From Octopus sinensis (taxonomy: Eukaryota): a DNA stretch of 64,000 nt. Position 1 is the first letter of the stretch, and each line of letters begins with the position of its first letter. Where the stretch lies: contig NC_042999.1 of assembly GCF_006345805.1 (NCBI RefSeq), forward strand, positions 83,204,001 through 83,268,000, in the 5' to 3' direction. Of the stretch, positions 60,731 through 64,000 are shown in pieces. Below the pieces are notes generated by a model. The model searched no databases. It saw only the letters and a program-made list of their open reading frames with translations, and was not told the origin of the DNA. The position numbers and the translations under genes were made by a program.

Positions 60731-63700
60731 GCTAATGGTTCGGAGGAAATGTACCTCAACACAAAGTTATTGAATAATTTTATGATGGAATGTTTTAATT
60801 TAGATCTTATCACTTTAAAATATTTTCTATCAAAGAAACAGAGCCAGTGTCAGGTAGGTTGGTTATCAAAAGGGTTAAATGTATAAAATCACAGACACAA
60901 CGCAGTACCAACAACAGCGGCAGGCTATGAACTGCCAAACTTTTCTTTAGTTTTTCTATTAACAACTGCCTCCCCACATTCATCCACTTTAATAAAAATA
61001 TGACTCAGCATAGCATTTGTTTTTACTGTACTTCGTATTTTCAAGATAAATAGGATTTTTGAAAAAAAAATGAAGTTTCTTTAAATAAGTAAAACCAAAT
61101 AAAAAAGAAAGTGAAAAATCAGAAAGGCAGGAAAGATAAATTTTAAAAAAAGAATTTAAAAAAAAAAAAGACAAAAACATCCAAAACGATAAATTGTTTT
61201 CATTGAATCAATTCAAATTGCAATCAATAATACATTTTTATCATTTTTTTTTTTTGTTGTTACATTTTCTAACTATGTTAAACAAAATTTCAAGTTAGGT
61301 TCAAAATACAAAAGAGAGGAAAGAAGATAAAAAAAAAAAGAGAAATTTTGATTTCAACTCAACCTCAGTTACATCTTTATAATAATTTATCTTGCTAGTC
61401 AACATTTGGCTACCTTACATTTATGCAGCAGGTTTTATTTATTTATTATTTTTTTTATGTTTTAATTTTAGGGGATTTTTTTTTATTTGCTTGTAGCTTG
61501 TTATACTGAAAGTTTCTACAATCTCCTGTTTTGTTTTTTCTTTGTAGCCTTTTCTTTTATTTCTTAACGACATATTTTGTGTAATATACATACATGCACA
61601 CATACATATTGTGTGTATGTGTGTGTGTGCATGCGTGCACATGCTTAGTATTCAGAGAGCAATGGGTGAAAAAGACAACAATACTTACATTAATTTTATG
61701 TGCAAATCTCTTTGGGGGCAAGCTCACCACACTTTTCATCTGACTGGTGTGGTAAAAAATAGATCTTCACCAAAAATGTCTGACTTCATGATTAATACTA
61801 ACATTCATCATCACCTTAATTAATTATTATCATATGCTTAGTAGCATTTCTTCTGGCTTTTCATTCCGAGTTCAAATTCTGCCCAAGGTTGATTTTACTT
61901 TCATCATTTCAGGGTTGATAAAATAAGTACCTGTTGAGCACTGACATTGCTATAGCTGAAAAGCCTCTTCTCCCCAAATTTCAGGTCCTGTGCCTGAATT
62001 AGTATTATTTGGCAGAGCAGTTGGATAGAATTGTAGAACAAATAGACTTAGTTAAAAGCTGATTTATGGGATGCTGTGTGCAAAAAAATTTTTAATTACT
62101 ATTTATTTAGTTGAAGAAAGAAAATAAATATCTGAGTGGAGATGAACTGCTCTCAACACAAAACAAAAAAAAAGGAGATAACTTCAGGACATTGAAATTA
62201 AATTTCCCAAAAGTTAATTTATATGCTTAGGAGAATGGAAGTTTGATGTTTGCCTGCAAACAACGGATAACTATGGACATGTTTCCATCTTTGAGACCCC
62301 ATCTACATATTATAATGCACACAAGCCTGCCTGGTTATTTAACAGATTTTCTCATATAGTAGAAGAGTTCTGGATAAGTTTTTAACCAGAACCATTTGCA
62401 TGATTCAAAATGAAGTAAGCTAAGGCAAATAACTCAAATAGGTCAATGATATGAATTCAAATAAATAAATTAAAGTTTTATGTACTGATTGTAACTTGCA
62501 TAATATTCTTAAGGGGAAAAAGTAAACAAAAGTCTAGAAACAGTTGTTGGCGACTCTCAAAACAAAGGGGAGATAATTTCAAGAAAATATGATTTATTCT
62601 ATTTGGCTTAATTTAAATACTTCAAGGAAGGGATATGAGACAAAATACTTTAGGTACTGGCATGGCTGTGAGGTGAGAAGTTTCTTTCCTAACCACATGG
62701 TTTTAGATTTAGTCCTAATGTGTGGTACCTTGGCCAGATGTCTTCTGCTGTACTGTTGGGTCCACCAAAGCCTGCCTTGTGAGTGGATTTGGTGGAGGGA
62801 AACTGAAAGAAGCCCTTTGTATATGTATGTATATGAACATTTGAATGCATTTATGTGTGTTTGCATGTCTCCTTGCCTTGATTTCTTGTGATAGTTATAA
62901 ACAAATGTCACTGACATACAAGTAGTGCTCTCCCTTTCCAATCTTCTGTGAAAACATGGGAAATATTGTCTTACTTGGAAATAGATGAGGGTTGGCAGCA
63001 GTAAGGGCATCCAGTTGCAGAAACTGCACCTCAACAAATTCTATCCAACTAATGCAACCTTGGGGATGATGATGATGAGTCATTCCTCATCACATTTGCT
63101 GTTACAATTTTTTTTTTTTTTTTTGTACAACTAAAACACAGAATGCCTGCCAAATATTTCATCTCAGATTTGATCAAGAATTGACCTTTGCTCAAGATGT
63201 GTTAAAAAGATATCATCATTTGCATCATCGTGTGTTTATTTATTTATTTATTTATTTATATTTTTTACTTATTTTCTTCGTACATTGATCATTTTCCACT
63301 GATTTTTATTTTTCTCTGTGTCCAAACAGATATTTTCATTAAAAAAATTCATTTAGTTTATTATTAAAACATAATCTTTAAAAAGAGAGTAAATTCATGA
63401 AAATCATCAGCAAACTTATTCTTATATAATGTTGGTTTATATATATATATTTATTTATTCATTCTTCTCTTATTTCACATGATTACAAACTTCATTCCGC
63501 ATTCATTATTCTTTCTTTTTGAAGTCATTGTTTTATTTACGCACACACACACACACACACATTCAATTTTTCCATTTTTCACTTTATCTTTTAAGGTAGT
63601 GAAAAATAATTTCAAATTCATGACAGTTTCTCAAAACTTGGTTAATTTTCATACTATGATATGTTTCTCTCTCTGCTTCTTTATATCTACCTGTCTCTCT

Positions 63701-64000
63701 CTCGATCTGTCTATTTCTCTCCACCCTCCTCTCTCTCTCTCTCTTTCTCTCTTGCAGCTTTGAATGGAATTTATAGATGTCTTGCAAAGCTAGCTTCTGA
63801 TGCACCTTAATGTATATGGCACTGTATTGACACGATATGTCTATCTTTCTCATTTTTCTCCTCTCCATCTATCTATCTATCTATCTTTTATATATATATA
63901 TAAATATATATGTTTATATCCCTATCTGTCTCCCTTTTTTTCTCTCCCCCTTGAGAGTATGTGTGTGTGTACGTATATATATGTATGTATATATATATAT

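Noticed and set aside
1425-63868. Dozens of ORFs rich in YIYI, CVCV, HTHT, poly-H, poly-Y or poly-F
   Set aside because: They are translations of (TA)n, (TG)n, (CAT)n, (TTA)n and T-rich tracts, with no splice or domain support.

Overview
AT-rich, repeat-dense eukaryotic DNA. The repeat families and heavy microsatellite load look like an octopod cephalopod genome; this is an inference from recalled repeat sequences. One gene occupies the window on the + strand: a class 1 (Sema-1a-like) semaphorin. I traced 16 GT-AG exons from 3030 to 55401 that splice into one stop-free frame of 1734 nt, encoding a Sema domain, a PSI domain and a Thr-rich stalk with a CPPCKPC motif. The signal-peptide exon and a canonical transmembrane/cytoplasmic exon were not found and probably lie outside the window. 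The introns contain at least five tRNA-type SINE families, piggyBac-, hAT- and Tc1/mariner-type MITEs, a Helitron-type element, LINE 3' remnants, a 283-bp foldback, a ~952-bp near-perfect tandem duplication and a decayed SSX2IP/ADIP-like retrocopy. The most novel-looking item is a tRNA-headed SINE at 23972-24273. It carries a minimal hammerhead-ribozyme-like core and has a Penelope-like insertion architecture (inverted tail, 12-bp TSD in a palindromic AT target). Almost all of the supplied ORF track is microsatellite or SINE noise. No prokaryotic features (CRISPR, rRNA, operons) are present. All alignments were done by eye and no searches were run.
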